From Candidatus Binataceae bacterium (GTDB taxonomy: Bacteria > Desulfobacterota > Binatia > Binatales > Binataceae): a DNA stretch of 64,000 bases. Below, piece by piece: positions 38,629-49,189 of the stretch. The DNA is taken from the NCBI GenBank assembly GCA_050736615.1, contig JBOHWL010000136.1, positions 16,828-80,827 on the forward strand, read 5' to 3'. A program made the position numbers and the translations under genes. A model generated the notes under the pieces. That model did not search any database, was not told where the DNA came from, and was given only the letters and a program-made list of their open reading frames with translations. Position 1 is the stretch's first letter, and every line of letters begins with the position of its first letter.

Positions 38629-39141
38629 ATGAATCGCTTATTAATTCCACTGGCCGTGTTCACGTTTCTATGCGGAGTGAGCGTGGTGGCTTTCTCCCAA
38701 CGCCCATGGGCACCGCGCGTGGACGTTACTCAGCCGCTGCCGTTCAGCCATCGCGTCCATGCCGGCGTCAACCACATTCCGTGCCAATACTGCCACGAGT
38801 ACGCGCGGCGCTCACAAACCTCGGGTGCGCCTCCGATCGAACGCTGTGTCGGATGTCATGGTAGTGCGCTGACCGGCGGGCTCAAGCCGGTTACGCGGGC
38901 ATGGACCGACCACCGGCATCAACCATTCGAAATTCGCTGGAACCGGGTCTACGTGCTGCCTGACTTCGTGCGTTTCGTCCATCGGCCCCATATCTGGGCC
39001 GGGGTGGCGTGCCAAACCTGCCACGGAGACGTGCAGACGATGGACCGCGTGACACCAGTTTATGAGATCAATATGGGTTTTTGCATCGATTGCCATACCA
39101 AGCGCGGTGCCACCCAGGATTGCTTCGTCTGTCATCACTGA
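38629..39141 (+). CDS. actA: Alternative Complex III subunit ActA (multihaem cytochrome c)
   Basis: Signal/anchor followed by CQYCH, CVGCH, CQTCH, CIDCH (four CxxCH) plus C-terminal CFVCHH. First gene of the act cluster. Confidence 0.8.
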   Translation: MNRLLIPLAVFTFLCGVSVVAFSQRPWAPRVDVTQPLPFSHRVHAGVNHIPCQYCHEYARRSQTSGAPPIERCVGCHGSALTGGLKPVTRAWTDHRHQPFEIRWNRVYVLPDFVRFVHRPHIWAGVACQTCHGDVQTMDRVTPVYEINMGFCIDCHTKRGATQDCFVCHH

Positions 39142-39153
39142 GCGAGGAGCGTT

Positions 39154-42117
39154 ATGTCAGAAGGGCTGTCCAGGCGATCATTCCTGAAGCTTGCCGCCAC
39201 GGCTTCGGCCGCCGCTGCAATCCCGGGGTGTGAGCCCGCCGCAAGAAAGCTGATTCCTTATGTGGTTCCCGACGAGTACGTCACGCCGGGCATCCCCAGC
39301 TTTTACGCCACCACTTGCGCCGAATGTGGCGCGGGATGTGGGATTATCGCGAAAATCCGCGAGGGCCGCGTAATCAAGCTTGAGGGCAATCCCAACGACC
39401 CGATCAGCGCGGGCGCGACCTGCGCGCGCGGACAAGCCGCGTTGCAGGGGCTGTACGATCCCGATCGTATCGGTAAGCCGAGCCGACGTGGCGACAGCGG
39501 GAAATTGCTAGAGATTTCTTGGGATAGCGCTACCAAGCAGTTCAATGACGAACTCGGCGCCGCGGCCAAAACTGGCAAAAATCGCATCGTTTATGTCGGC
39601 GCGCCGCAAGGACCGACGAACGACAAAATCGCGATGGCGTGGTTGCGGGCGTGGGGCTCTCAGTGGGCGATCTTTTGGGAAGCCATCAACGATGAAGCGG
39701 CGCGCCAAGCCGCTCAAAACTGTTTCGGCAGCCGCGCCCTGCCGGTCTACCGTTTCGACCAAGCCGAAACCATCATTTCGTTTGATGCCGACCTGCTTGG
39801 CACTTGGCGCTCGCCCGTCGAATATGCCCGCCAATACGCGGAATTCAGGGCGCCCAAGAAAAAGAATGGCGAATTAACGGTGGGCCGCGCGGTTTACGTC
39901 GGACCGCGCCTCAATATCACCGCGGCCAAAGCCGACCAGTGGGTTCGTGCCACTCCCGGCGCGGTTGGCGCGATTGCCATGTCGGTGCTCAACGTCGTCG
40001 TTAACCAGGGATGGATGAAGCCAAACGCCGGGCTTGATACGGTCGCGCTCAAGACCTTCGTCAGTGGCTACGATCCCGGCACGGTGGAAAAACAGACTGG
40101 TGCGCCAGCCGCCCAGATCAAGGAAATCGCGCAATGGTTCGGGCAGGCCGACCACTCGCTGGCGGTGGCTGATACGGACGACGTGCAGGCGCATACTGCC
40201 GCTTACCTGCTCAACCTCGCGACCGGGAACCTTGGCAAAACCATGATGTTTCTGGCCGATACGCCGGCCGAGGCGACCAGCCAGCCGCATGAAATTCGCG
40301 CCGTCGTCGACGCGATGCGCAATGGCGAGGTTGACGTGCTGGTGATCGCCGCCGGCGCCAATCCGCTTTACTCGATGCCGATATCGTACGGCTTTCGCGA
40401 AGCCGCCCGACGCGTGAAATTCGTCGCATGGCTGGGTACCGCACCGGACGAGAGCGCGGCGGCGGCCAATCTGCTCCTGCCAACGCATCATCCGCTTGAA
40501 AGCTGGCGCGACTCGGCCCCGCGCGCAGGGATCAATGGCCTGGGGCAGCCGGTCATGCAGCCAGTGTTTCCGAGCAAGCCGCTGGCCGACATCCTGCTTG
40601 CCTCGGCCCATCTGGGCGCGGCCGCTTCGGCTAAGGCGATTCCATGGGAAAGTGGCGCGGACGCGGTAAATTCCGCCTGGCAGGATTTGCAGAATAAGGC
40701 GGAACCGAATGCGACCTTCGCGGATTTTTGGGACAAGGCCCGCGCCAATGGTGGCTATTACCAGGAAGTCAAGCCGGCCACGCCGACGGTCAATGCGGCC
40801 GTATTTACGCAGACCTTCGCGCCGCCGATGGCCTCGGGACTGACCTTGGTTGCCTATCCTCACATATTTCTTTATGACGGACGTGGCGCCAACAAGTCCT
40901 GGCTGCAGGAAATCCCCGAACCGGTCGACCAGATGGTGTGGGATTCGTGGGCCGCGATTCATCCTGAGACCGCTGCACGCTTGGGTTTCCACAAGACCTA
41001 TCTGCCGAGCTACCTGTACGCGGGAATCGACGTGGTCGAGATAGACACGCCAAACGGCCGCGTGCATCTGGGCGTCCATATCACTCCGCTGGTTAAGCCT
41101 GACGTGATCGCCGTGCCGCTTGGCCAGGGGCATACCTCGTACGGCCGCTATGCTACCGATCGCGGAGTCAATTTGTGGCATCACCTGCCGCAAAACGCCC
41201 GCAGTGTCGTGATCAACGCGCACAAAGCCGCCGGTGAACAGCACAAGCTGGTGTCACCGCTCAACGGCAGCGACATGATGGGCCGCTCCATCATCGAGGG
41301 CCTGAGCGTCGCGGAACTGGTCAAGGGTGTCTTGCCGCCGGCGGAGGGGCCAAAGGTTCCTGAGCCGTACGAGATGTACCCGCCGTTCGATTATCCCGGT
41401 CACAAATGGGGCATGACGCTCGACGTGAATTCCTGCGTTGGCTGCAGCGCCTGTGTCGCCGCCTGTTACGCCGAAAATAACCTCGCTGTGGTGGGTAAAG
41501 AGGGGGTTGGTCGCGGGCGCGTGATGTCATGGATTCGGATCGAGCGTTTTATCCCTGAAGCGCGCACCAGCGATCATGCCCCGCTGCTTTATATGGCACC
41601 GATCATGTGCCAGCAGTGCGACCACGCGCCGTGCGAACCGGTCTGCCCGGTCTTCGCCTCGCATCATACGCCTGAGGGCTTGAACGCGCAGATCTACAAC
41701 CGCTGCATCGGCACGCGTTTTTGCGAGAACAACTGTCCTTACAAAGTGCGGCGCTTTAACTGGTTCCTGGCGGAATGGCCGGCGCCACTCAATCTGCAGC
41801 TCAATCCCGACGTAACCACCCGCGGCGCCGGCGTGATGGAGAAATGCACCTTCTGCATCCAGCGCATCACCTATGCCGAAATCAATGCGCGGCTGCAAAA
41901 GCGCCCAGTGATGGATGGCGAGATCATCCCAGCTTGCGCGCAAGCTTGTCCGGCGCGCGCGATTACTTTCGGCGACATCAATCAGGCCGACAGTGCCATG
42001 ATGCGCCGGCGCAAAGATAACCAGTTGAGGAACTACACGATGTTGCCTCAGTTCAATGCTCTGCCGAACGTGACCTATCTGCGCGCGCTGCGCCACGTGG
42101 AAAAAGGGAGAGCGTAA
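39154..42117 (+). CDS. actB: Alternative Complex III subunit ActB (molybdopterin-oxidoreductase-like + 4Fe-4S ferredoxin domains, Tat-exported)
   Basis: Tat motif SRRSFLKLAATASAAAA. N-terminal Cys cluster CAECGAGCG. C-terminal ferredoxin clusters CVGCSACVAAC, CQQCDHAPCEPVCP, CIGTRFCENNCPYKV, CTFCIQR. Confidence 0.85.
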   Translation: MSEGLSRRSFLKLAATASAAAAIPGCEPAARKLIPYVVPDEYVTPGIPSFYATTCAECGAGCGIIAKIREGRVIKLEGNPNDPISAGATCARGQAALQGLYDPDRIGKPSRRGDSGKLLEISWDSATKQFNDELGAAAKTGKNRIVYVGAPQGPTNDKIAMAWLRAWGSQWAIFWEAINDEAARQAAQNCFGSRALPVYRFDQAETIISFDADLLGTWRSPVEYARQYAEFRAPKKKNGELTVGRAVYVGPRLNITAAKADQWVRATPGAVGAIAMSVLNVVVNQGWMKPNAGLDTVALKTFVSGYDPGTVEKQTGAPAAQIKEIAQWFGQADHSLAVADTDDVQAHTAAYLLNLATGNLGKTMMFLADTPAEATSQPHEIRAVVDAMRNGEVDVLVIAAGANPLYSMPISYGFREAARRVKFVAWLGTAPDESAAAANLLLPTHHPLESWRDSAPRAGINGLGQPVMQPVFPSKPLADILLASAHLGAAASAKAIPWESGADAVNSAWQDLQNKAEPNATFADFWDKARANGGYYQEVKPATPTVNAAVFTQTFAPPMASGLTLVAYPHIFLYDGRGANKSWLQEIPEPVDQMVWDSWAAIHPETAARLGFHKTYLPSYLYAGIDVVEIDTPNGRVHLGVHITPLVKPDVIAVPLGQGHTSYGRYATDRGVNLWHHLPQNARSVVINAHKAAGEQHKLVSPLNGSDMMGRSIIEGLSVAELVKGVLPPAEGPKVPEPYEMYPPFDYPGHKWGMTLDVNSCVGCSACVAACYAENNLAVVGKEGVGRGRVMSWIRIERFIPEARTSDHAPLLYMAPIMCQQCDHAPCEPVCPVFASHHTPEGLNAQIYNRCIGTRFCENNCPYKVRRFNWFLAEWPAPLNLQLNPDVTTRGAGVMEKCTFCIQRITYAEINARLQKRPVMDGEIIPACAQACPARAITFGDINQADSAMMRRRKDNQLRNYTMLPQFNALPNVTYLRALRHVEKGRA

Positions 42118-43485
42118 ATGGCCGCAGTCGTTCAAGAGCAAGAGGTTCCTACTTACCTCGACATTGATCGCACGATCCAGAAGCAGTTGCTGGCGCCGGG
42201 CGGCGTCAAATACTGGCTGTGGGTGGGCTTCTGCGCGCTCCTTACCGCGGTCGGCATCGGCTGCTGGACCAATCAGATCTATTCGGGGTTGGGCGTTACC
42301 GGATTGTCCCAGCCCACCATGTGGGCGGTTTACATTACCAACTTCGTTTTCTGGGTTGGTATTGCGCATGCGGGCACGCTGATCTCCGCTATTCTTTATC
42401 TGTTCCGTACGCGCTGGCGCACCGGGATTTTCCGTGCCGCCGAGACCATGACCATCTTCGCGATCGCGACCGCCGGCTTGTTCCCGGTTATTCACTTGGG
42501 ACGGCCATGGTTTTTTTACTGGCTCATCCCATACCCCAACGAACGCTATCTGCAGCCGGACTTTCGCTCGCCGCTAGTATGGGATTTTTTCGCGATCAGC
42601 ACCTACCTGACGATCAGCGTGTTGTTCTGGGCTACCGGCCTGATTCCCGATACTGCCAATGTGCGTGAAGTGGCGACGGGCTGGCGCAAGACATTATACA
42701 AAATCTGGTCGGTGGGATGGCAGGGCACCGACCGACAATGGCGCAACTTCTCGATGCTCTACATCCTGCTGGCGGGCTTTGCGACGCCGCTGGTGCTCTC
42801 GGTGCACAGCGTCGTGTCATGGGACTTTGCCATGATGCAGCTGCCCGGCATGCACAGCACGATTTTCGCACCCTATTTCGTCGCCGGCGCGATTTTCTCG
42901 GGCTGCGCCTTGGTCATCACACTGGTGGTGCCGTTGCGCAAGTTCTGGCATCTCGAGGAGGCCATCACCATCTGGCACCTCGACAATTTAGCCAAGGTGG
43001 TGCTGCTGACCTCGCTAATTATTACCTATTCGTACTGTTGCGAATCGTTCATGACCTGGTACAGCGGCGATCTGATCGAAATCGCGACCTTTCAAAATCG
43101 GTACTTCGGGCCGGAGGCCTGGATGTTCTGGTTGATGATCTTCTGCAACTGTGTGGCGCCGCTGGCCTATTTCGTGCCACGCGTGCGCACCAACGCGACG
43201 GGCCTGTTCGTGATCTCGATCTTCGTCAATATCGGCATGTGGTTCGAGCGCTTCGTGATTATCGCCGGCTCGCTCGCGACCAACACCGAGCCTTCGCAAT
43301 GGCGCTTTTACACCTTCCAGCCCACCGAGATCCTGATCACTGTCGGCAGCTTTGGATGGTTTCTGATGAACTTCTTTTTGTTCGCGAAGTTCATGCCGAT
43401 CGTATCAATGACGGAGCTTAAGGAAGGCGTCGGTTATTTACGGCAGGCGGTGACCGAAACTTACCCATACAAGAAGGTAGCATGA
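42118..43485 (+). CDS. actC: Alternative Complex III subunit ActC (NrfD/PsrC-like polytopic membrane subunit)
   Basis: 455-aa 10-TM protein with an NrfD-like pattern. ATG is adjacent to the actB stop. Confidence 0.8.
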   Translation: MAAVVQEQEVPTYLDIDRTIQKQLLAPGGVKYWLWVGFCALLTAVGIGCWTNQIYSGLGVTGLSQPTMWAVYITNFVFWVGIAHAGTLISAILYLFRTRWRTGIFRAAETMTIFAIATAGLFPVIHLGRPWFFYWLIPYPNERYLQPDFRSPLVWDFFAISTYLTISVLFWATGLIPDTANVREVATGWRKTLYKIWSVGWQGTDRQWRNFSMLYILLAGFATPLVLSVHSVVSWDFAMMQLPGMHSTIFAPYFVAGAIFSGCALVITLVVPLRKFWHLEEAITIWHLDNLAKVVLLTSLIITYSYCCESFMTWYSGDLIEIATFQNRYFGPEAWMFWLMIFCNCVAPLAYFVPRVRTNATGLFVISIFVNIGMWFERFVIIAGSLATNTEPSQWRFYTFQPTEILITVGSFGWFLMNFFLFAKFMPIVSMTELKEGVGYLRQAVTETYPYKKVA

Positions 43486-44012
43486 GCGACGAAATTGCAT
43501 TGGTGGCCTCGTTTCGCACCGTGGACGATTGCGCGCGGGCAGTCGAGACCCTTCATCACGCCCATATTAATGTCGATAGGTTCGGCACGTTCTCGCCATT
43601 CCCCAATGAGCGCTTGAACGAAGCGGTAAATGAAATCCGCCGCCTGGGGCCCAGCCGCGTGCGTCTGTGGGTGCTGGCCGGCGGCATCATCGGCGCGATC
43701 AGCGGTTTTGTCCTCACCATCGGCACCTCGTGGGAATGGAACCTGATGACCGGTGGCAAGCCGATCGCTTCAATTCCGCCCTTCATCGTAATCGCCTTTG
43801 AGCTGATGATTTTGTTCGGCGGAATGATGGGATGGACGGGCTTTTATTTTCATGCGCGGCTGCCCGCATTTGATTCAGCGCCGGGCTACCGATCGCGCTT
43901 TGGGGCCGATCATTTCGGCTTATTTCTGCAATGCGAAGAAGATGACGCGGCGCGGTTGGAGGCGCTGCTACGCGACAATGGCGCCGACGAAATCGTACGC
44001 GAAGCCGCGTGA
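43482..44012 (+). CDS. actD: Alternative Complex III subunit ActD
   Basis: Small protein with a central TM pair between actC and actF, DUF3341-like. Start overlaps the actC stop (ATGA). Confidence 0.65.
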   Translation: MSDEIALVASFRTVDDCARAVETLHHAHINVDRFGTFSPFPNERLNEAVNEIRRLGPSRVRLWVLAGGIIGAISGFVLTIGTSWEWNLMTGGKPIASIPPFIVIAFELMILFGGMMGWTGFYFHARLPAFDSAPGYRSRFGADHFGLFLQCEEDDAARLEALLRDNGADEIVREAA

Positions 44013-44051
44013 TCGGAATGCCGGTCCGAATTCAGAAGGCCTGAATGCAAG

Positions 44052-45272
44052 ATGAGTCCTAATCAACCCGCATCGTTGGGAGCAGCCGCGGTTCGCCAGA
44101 TCCATGAGCCGCTGCGGCTTTCGTGGAATCGCTATATCGGCGTCTGCATTATTCTGGTCATCATCGGCGTGGTGGCGTTCATCTTCGGGCTGGTGACCGG
44201 CTACGCCAACCGCGTCTGGGAGACCTACCTGGTCAACCTGCTGTTCTTTATTGGCATCGCGCAAAGCGGCATCGTCGTCTCCTGCGCCTTTTATTTGACC
44301 AACGGCCGCTGGTGTGGCGTGACTCATTATCGGTTGGCCGAAGCCTTCTGGGGCTTCATCCCACTCGGCTTCCTTCTGTACTGGGGTGTGTTTTTTGGCC
44401 GGATGCATATTTTCCCCTGGTTGACCCATCCGAGCCTGTTGTATTCGCCTTCCAAGCACATCTGGCTCAACGTACCGTTTCTCTTCACCCGCGACGGCAT
44501 CGCCCTGCTGGTGCTGACCATCCTGAGCTGGTGGTTCGTACGGCTTTCGCGTGGGCCCGCGGCCGAGACCTGGATGCTGGATCGCGAGACGATCGAGATG
44601 CCACCGGCGGCTTTGCGACGGCTGGCGCCGATCATCGCGATTCTCTATTGCTTCATCTATTCGATGTTGTCGGTCGATTTGATCATGGGGTTGTCGCCGG
44701 TCTGGCGCAGCACGCTGTTCGGATGGTGGTATTTCGGCGCCGATTTCTGGAGCGCAATCGTCGCGGCGGCGCTGGTAGCGGTGGTTTTGCGCGGCCGGAT
44801 CGGCCGCCCCAACGTGTTTCAGGATGGCGAGAAGCTGCATGACATTGGCAAACTGATTTTTGCCTTCTCGATCTTTTGGATCTACTTGTCGTTTGCGCAG
44901 TATCTGGTGATTTGGTATGGCGATATCCCGGCCGAGACTTACTTCATTGTGGTCCGCGCATGGCATCAGCCCTGGTCAACCCTGACCTGGATGTCGCCGC
45001 TTTTAATGTGGGTGGTGCCGTTTGTGGTGCTGATGGGCGTTCAACCCAAGAAAAATCCATATGTGCTGGGCATCGTCGCGGCCTTGGGTTTAATCGGGGT
45101 GTGGATTCTCAACTACATTCTGATAGTCCCTTCGTGGCATCCCAATGACCTGCCGTTCGGATGGGTGGAAATCTGTGTGACGCTGGGATTCCTTGGCGCC
45201 TTCGGTCTTTGCTCCAAGCCAGGGTTGGCGCGCACGGCGGCCGCCGCGGTCACCGTCGTGGATGGAGAGTAA
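44052..45272 (+). CDS. actF: Alternative Complex III subunit ActF (second NrfD-like membrane subunit)
   Basis: 406-aa polytopic membrane protein paralogous in architecture to ActC. No haem motifs. No actE-like monohaem gene lies between actD and actF or after actF. Confidence 0.75.
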   Translation: MSPNQPASLGAAAVRQIHEPLRLSWNRYIGVCIILVIIGVVAFIFGLVTGYANRVWETYLVNLLFFIGIAQSGIVVSCAFYLTNGRWCGVTHYRLAEAFWGFIPLGFLLYWGVFFGRMHIFPWLTHPSLLYSPSKHIWLNVPFLFTRDGIALLVLTILSWWFVRLSRGPAAETWMLDRETIEMPPAALRRLAPIIAILYCFIYSMLSVDLIMGLSPVWRSTLFGWWYFGADFWSAIVAAALVAVVLRGRIGRPNVFQDGEKLHDIGKLIFAFSIFWIYLSFAQYLVIWYGDIPAETYFIVVRAWHQPWSTLTWMSPLLMWVVPFVVLMGVQPKKNPYVLGIVAALGLIGVWILNYILIVPSWHPNDLPFGWVEICVTLGFLGAFGLCSKPGLARTAAAAVTVVDGE

Positions 45273-46318
45273 TGATGAGGGCGCGGAACCGATTGCTCAA
45301 ATTTTGCGGAATTGCCGGCGCGGTTGCTTTCGCCGCGTCCATCAGCGGCTGCACTACCGCCGTCTATCCGATGGATACGCTGCGTCCGACCTCCGATCTT
45401 ACGCGCGAGATCCTCTGGCTGTTCAATTGGGTCACCGCTTGGGATTGCCTGGTATTGGCGGTAGTGGCGCTCACTCTGTTCGGGGCGATTTTCATCTTTT
45501 CATCGCGCCAGGGTGATCCGGGTGAACCCTCCTCCACCCATTCGTCACTTTCTCTCGAACTGGCCTGGACCGTGCTGCCGGCATTGATCCTGCTGGCGAT
45601 TACCATCCCCACGATTCATACGATCGTGCATACGCAGCCGGACCGATGGCCGCATAACGCGTTTACCGTTCGAGTCATCGCGCATCAATGGTGGTGGGAG
45701 TTCAAATATCCTACGCTCGGCATCGACACCGCCGACGAAGTGCATATTCCGGAAAACCGCGAGATCCATTTTGAACTGGTTTCCGACGATGTGATTCACA
45801 GCTTCTTTATGCCGCAGGTGGGAGCCAAGCGCGACGTCGTGCCGGGCCAGATGAATCAGATTACGCTGACGGCGAACGTGCCGGGAATGTATTACGGCCA
45901 ATGCGCGGAGTTTTGCGGAACCTCACACGCCAACATGCGCTTTCGCGTGTTCGTCGATACACCGGCCGGTTTCAAGAAGTGGGTCGCCGACCAGCTCGCT
46001 CCCCCGTTCAAGCCAACCGCGGGGTCGGCTTTGGCTGGAGAGAAAATTTTCGTCAACGCGCCATGTGCGATTTGCCATACGATCAAGGGCATCTCAGGTT
46101 TTTCCAAGCAGTACACGTTCGGTTTCAAAGGGCCCAACTTGTCGCATTTCGGCAGCCGGACCAGCCTGGCCGGCAGCATTCTCGATAACACGCCGCAAAA
46201 TGTGGCGATGTGGATCAAAAATCCCGACCAAGTGAAGCCTGGCGCTAACATGCCGACTCTCGGTATGCGCGGCCAGCAGCTTAACGATCTGGTCGCCTAT
46301 CTCGAAAGCCTTAAGTAG
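45272..46318 (+). CDS. coxB: cytochrome c oxidase subunit II with C-terminal cytochrome c domain (caa3-type)
   Basis: Start reassigned to ATG 45272 (TAATG overlap with the actF stop, GGAGAG RBS). CuA site HSFFMP...CAEFCGTSHANM. C-terminal CAICH haem c motif. Confidence 0.85.
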   Translation: MMRARNRLLKFCGIAGAVAFAASISGCTTAVYPMDTLRPTSDLTREILWLFNWVTAWDCLVLAVVALTLFGAIFIFSSRQGDPGEPSSTHSSLSLELAWTVLPALILLAITIPTIHTIVHTQPDRWPHNAFTVRVIAHQWWWEFKYPTLGIDTADEVHIPENREIHFELVSDDVIHSFFMPQVGAKRDVVPGQMNQITLTANVPGMYYGQCAEFCGTSHANMRFRVFVDTPAGFKKWVADQLAPPFKPTAGSALAGEKIFVNAPCAICHTIKGISGFSKQYTFGFKGPNLSHFGSRTSLAGSILDNTPQNVAMWIKNPDQVKPGANMPTLGMRGQQLNDLVAYLESLK

Positions 46319-46327
46319 GGAAATCTG

Positions 46328-48820
46328 ATGGCTGCCCAACCCAAAGCATTGCCGACTGAACACCGCAGCTTTATTGAAGGCGGCGGCATCTATAGCTGGC
46401 TGACCACGGTCGATCACAAGCGCGTGGCCATGCTCTACGGCGTCACCGCACTGGGGTTGATGGCGCTGGGCGGCATGGAGGCGATGATGATGCGCGGGCA
46501 GCTGATGCTGCCCGACAATCATTTCCTCTCAGCCCAATGGTACAACCAGCTCTTCACGATGCACGGGTTGACGATGATCTTCCTCGTGCTGATGCCGCTG
46601 GAAACGGGGTTTTTTGGTAACTTCCTGATTCCGCTGCAGATTGGCGCGCGCGACGTGGCGTTTCCGCGGCTCAACGCCATGAGCTACTGGATTTTCCTGC
46701 TGGGCGCGATTTTCCTTAATCTGGGTTGGGCCTGGGGCCTGCCCAATGACGGCTGGTTCGGTTACGCGAATTTGACCGAGCGCTTTTTCTCTCCCGGGCT
46801 CAACATCGATTTCTACGACATGGGCCTGCTGATTCTTGGCATTTCCTCGGTGATGAGCGCGCTGAATTTCTTCGTCACCATCGTCAATATGCGCGCGCCC
46901 GGCATGACTTTCATGCGCATGCCGATGTTCATGTGGTCACTGCTGGTTACTGTCACCCTGATCATGCTGGCTTTCCCGGCGCTGACCGTCGGTCTCATTT
47001 TCCTGTTCATGGATCGTTACTTCGATACCCATTTCTATCGGGTAATCGCGGGAGCGACGCCGATCTTGTGGCAGCATCTGTTCTGGATTTTCGGCCATCC
47101 CGAAGTTTACATCATGGCGCTGCCGGCCTTCGGTTTGATTAGCGAGGTGATCCCGGTTTTCTCGCGCAAACCGCTGTTCGGCTATCCGATGATGGCCTAT
47201 TCGCTCATCCTGATCGCGTTCCTCTCGTATGGCGTGTGGGGTCACCACATGTTCGCGACCGGGATGGGTCCGGTCACGGACAGCGCCTTCGCGATCACCT
47301 CGATGCTGATCGCGATTCCGACCGGCATCAAGATTTTCAGTTGGATCGCAACTATCTGGGGCGGTCGATTGCGATTTACCACCTCATTTCTGTTCGCGAT
47401 CGGCTTCGTTATCGAGTTCACCATCGGCGGCCTCAGCGGCATCATGCACGCGAGCGCGCCAGTCGACCTGGAACAGACGGACACTTACACTATCGTTGCA
47501 CATTTCCATTACGTGCTATTCGGCGGCGTATTAATGGGAATTTTGGCGGCGGTCTATTACTACTGGCCGAAAATCACCGGCCGTATGCTCAACGAGACGC
47601 TTGGCAAATGGGAGTTCTGGATCACCGCGTGGGCCTTTAACGCGACGTTCTTCCCGATGCACTTTCTCGGCACGTGGGGCATGCCTCGGCGCATCTATAC
47701 GTACGCTCCCAACATGGGCTGGAATTTCTGGAATTATTGGGAAAGTATCAACGCGTTTATTCTGGCCTTCGCCTTCGCGCTGTTCTTCTTCAATCTCTGG
47801 TACAGCTCCTATTACGGTGAACGGGCCAGTGCCGATCCGTGGGATGCGCGGACGCTGGAGTGGTCGATACCGTCGCCACCACCTGTTTACAATTTCGCGA
47901 CGGTGCCGATGGTGACCGGGCGCGACGCCTGGTGGATCGAGAAGTACGGCAGTATCGAAGCGGTTGGAGCACACGGCGAGACCGCCAGCGCGGCGGCTGC
48001 CAACGCGGCGGCGGCGGGGGCGGCGGCACGCGAACGTTTGCAGCCCGCCGAACCCGGAGAAATCCATATGCCACCGCCGTCGCTCTATCCGGTGCTGGCC
48101 GCGCTGGGGATCTTCGGCATGGCCGCAGGCATGGCGCTGTTATGGTATCGCATCATTATCATCGGCGCGATCTTGCTGGTGCTGTCAGTTATCGCGATGG
48201 CTTTCGAGCATCCGAACTGGGGCGAGGACGATCCGCACGCGGTGGCCGAGACCTTCTTGGGGCTCGACACTCGCAAGTTTGGTCTCTGGTGCTTTCTTGG
48301 ATCGGAATGTGTGTTTTTTGCGAGTCTCATTTCGACCTACATGATTTACAAGTCGCGCAATATCGGCACCTTCGACGCTGATATTCTCAATATTCCGCTG
48401 ACCTCCTTCAGCACCTTTATCCTGCTGATGTCGAGTTTGTTGATGGTGTTGGCGCTAGCCGGCTATCAGCGTAACAGCAAGTTCTGGGGCACGTTCTGGC
48501 TGTGGGGGACGGTTCTGTTCGGCTTGATTTTCGTCGGCGGCCAGGCCTTCGAGTTTTTTGGCTTCTTCAAACAGGGCATGCTTTTCAACTCGGACCTGTT
48601 TAGCCAGTGCTTCTACACGTTGGTCGGTTTCCACGGCTTCCACGTGTTTATTGGAGTGGTCTGGCTGTCGGTGATCGCGATTGCGGGCACGCGCGGGAAA
48701 ATCGACAGCAAACGCGCATTATCGGTCGAAGTTGCCGGTCTGTACTGGCATTTCGTCGATATTGTCTGGGTAGTGATTTTCACGCTGGTCTATATGATGC
48801 GGACGGTGAAACACGGATGA
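46328..48820 (+). CDS. coxA: cytochrome c oxidase subunit I fused to subunit III
   Basis: 830 aa. The N-terminal part has haem-copper oxidase subunit I signatures (WFGHPEVYI, HHMF, HFHYVLFGG). The C-terminal ~200 aa is subunit III-like (FLGSECVFFASL, HGFHVFIGVVWL, YWHFVDIVW). Confidence 0.9.
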   Translation: MAAQPKALPTEHRSFIEGGGIYSWLTTVDHKRVAMLYGVTALGLMALGGMEAMMMRGQLMLPDNHFLSAQWYNQLFTMHGLTMIFLVLMPLETGFFGNFLIPLQIGARDVAFPRLNAMSYWIFLLGAIFLNLGWAWGLPNDGWFGYANLTERFFSPGLNIDFYDMGLLILGISSVMSALNFFVTIVNMRAPGMTFMRMPMFMWSLLVTVTLIMLAFPALTVGLIFLFMDRYFDTHFYRVIAGATPILWQHLFWIFGHPEVYIMALPAFGLISEVIPVFSRKPLFGYPMMAYSLILIAFLSYGVWGHHMFATGMGPVTDSAFAITSMLIAIPTGIKIFSWIATIWGGRLRFTTSFLFAIGFVIEFTIGGLSGIMHASAPVDLEQTDTYTIVAHFHYVLFGGVLMGILAAVYYYWPKITGRMLNETLGKWEFWITAWAFNATFFPMHFLGTWGMPRRIYTYAPNMGWNFWNYWESINAFILAFAFALFFFNLWYSSYYGERASADPWDARTLEWSIPSPPPVYNFATVPMVTGRDAWWIEKYGSIEAVGAHGETASAAAANAAAAGAAARERLQPAEPGEIHMPPPSLYPVLAALGIFGMAAGMALLWYRIIIIGAILLVLSVIAMAFEHPNWGEDDPHAVAETFLGLDTRKFGLWCFLGSECVFFASLISTYMIYKSRNIGTFDADILNIPLTSFSTFILLMSSLLMVLALAGYQRNSKFWGTFWLWGTVLFGLIFVGGQAFEFFGFFKQGMLFNSDLFSQCFYTLVGFHGFHVFIGVVWLSVIAIAGTRGKIDSKRALSVEVAGLYWHFVDIVWVVIFTLVYMMRTVKHG

Positions 48821-49179
48821 GCGATCAGGTTATCGAACACGAGCATATGACGACTCACGGGATCACCGAGTCGCATCACCCGGGGCCGCTGGTTTATATC
48901 GTCGTCGCGATCGCGCTGACGATTCTGACCGGCTTTGAAATCGGCGTTTTTTACGCGGCCTTTCTTCAAGCCGTGCTGGTGCCGCTGCTGATCATCCTGG
49001 CCATTTGCAAATTCATCTTGGTCGCGATGTTCTACATGCACCTGCATTACGACAGCGGGGTCTTCAGCGCGGTCTTCCTTTTTCCCCTGTGGGTCGCGTT
49101 GTTGATCGTGGTGTCATTGATGTTGATTTTTTTCTACTTGTCGGGCCACATTTTCCTGACGACGGGATGGACCTTTTAG
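48817..49179 (+). CDS. cytochrome c oxidase subunit IV (caa3-type small subunit)
   Basis: Start at ATG 48817 overlapping the upstream stop (ATGA). 120-aa 3-TM protein (MSDQVIEHEH..). The listed 190-aa ORF lies inside coxA in another frame. Confidence 0.55.
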   Translation: MSDQVIEHEHMTTHGITESHHPGPLVYIVVAIALTILTGFEIGVFYAAFLQAVLVPLLIILAICKFILVAMFYMHLHYDSGVFSAVFLFPLWVALLIVVSLMLIFFYLSGHIFLTTGWTF

Positions 49180-49189
49180 TCGAATCGGT

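Noticed and set aside
38183-38632. 149-aa ORF upstream of actA
   Set aside because: Composition is skewed (many Arg, Lys and Pro with no hydrophobic core) and it ends by running into the actA start. Treated as a non-coding leader.
5143-42117. Numerous 60-200-aa antisense or overlapping ORFs inside hscA, iscS, the MMPL gene, actB, coxA and others
   Set aside because: High GC content generates long open frames on all strands. These lie within strongly supported genes and lack motifs or start context.
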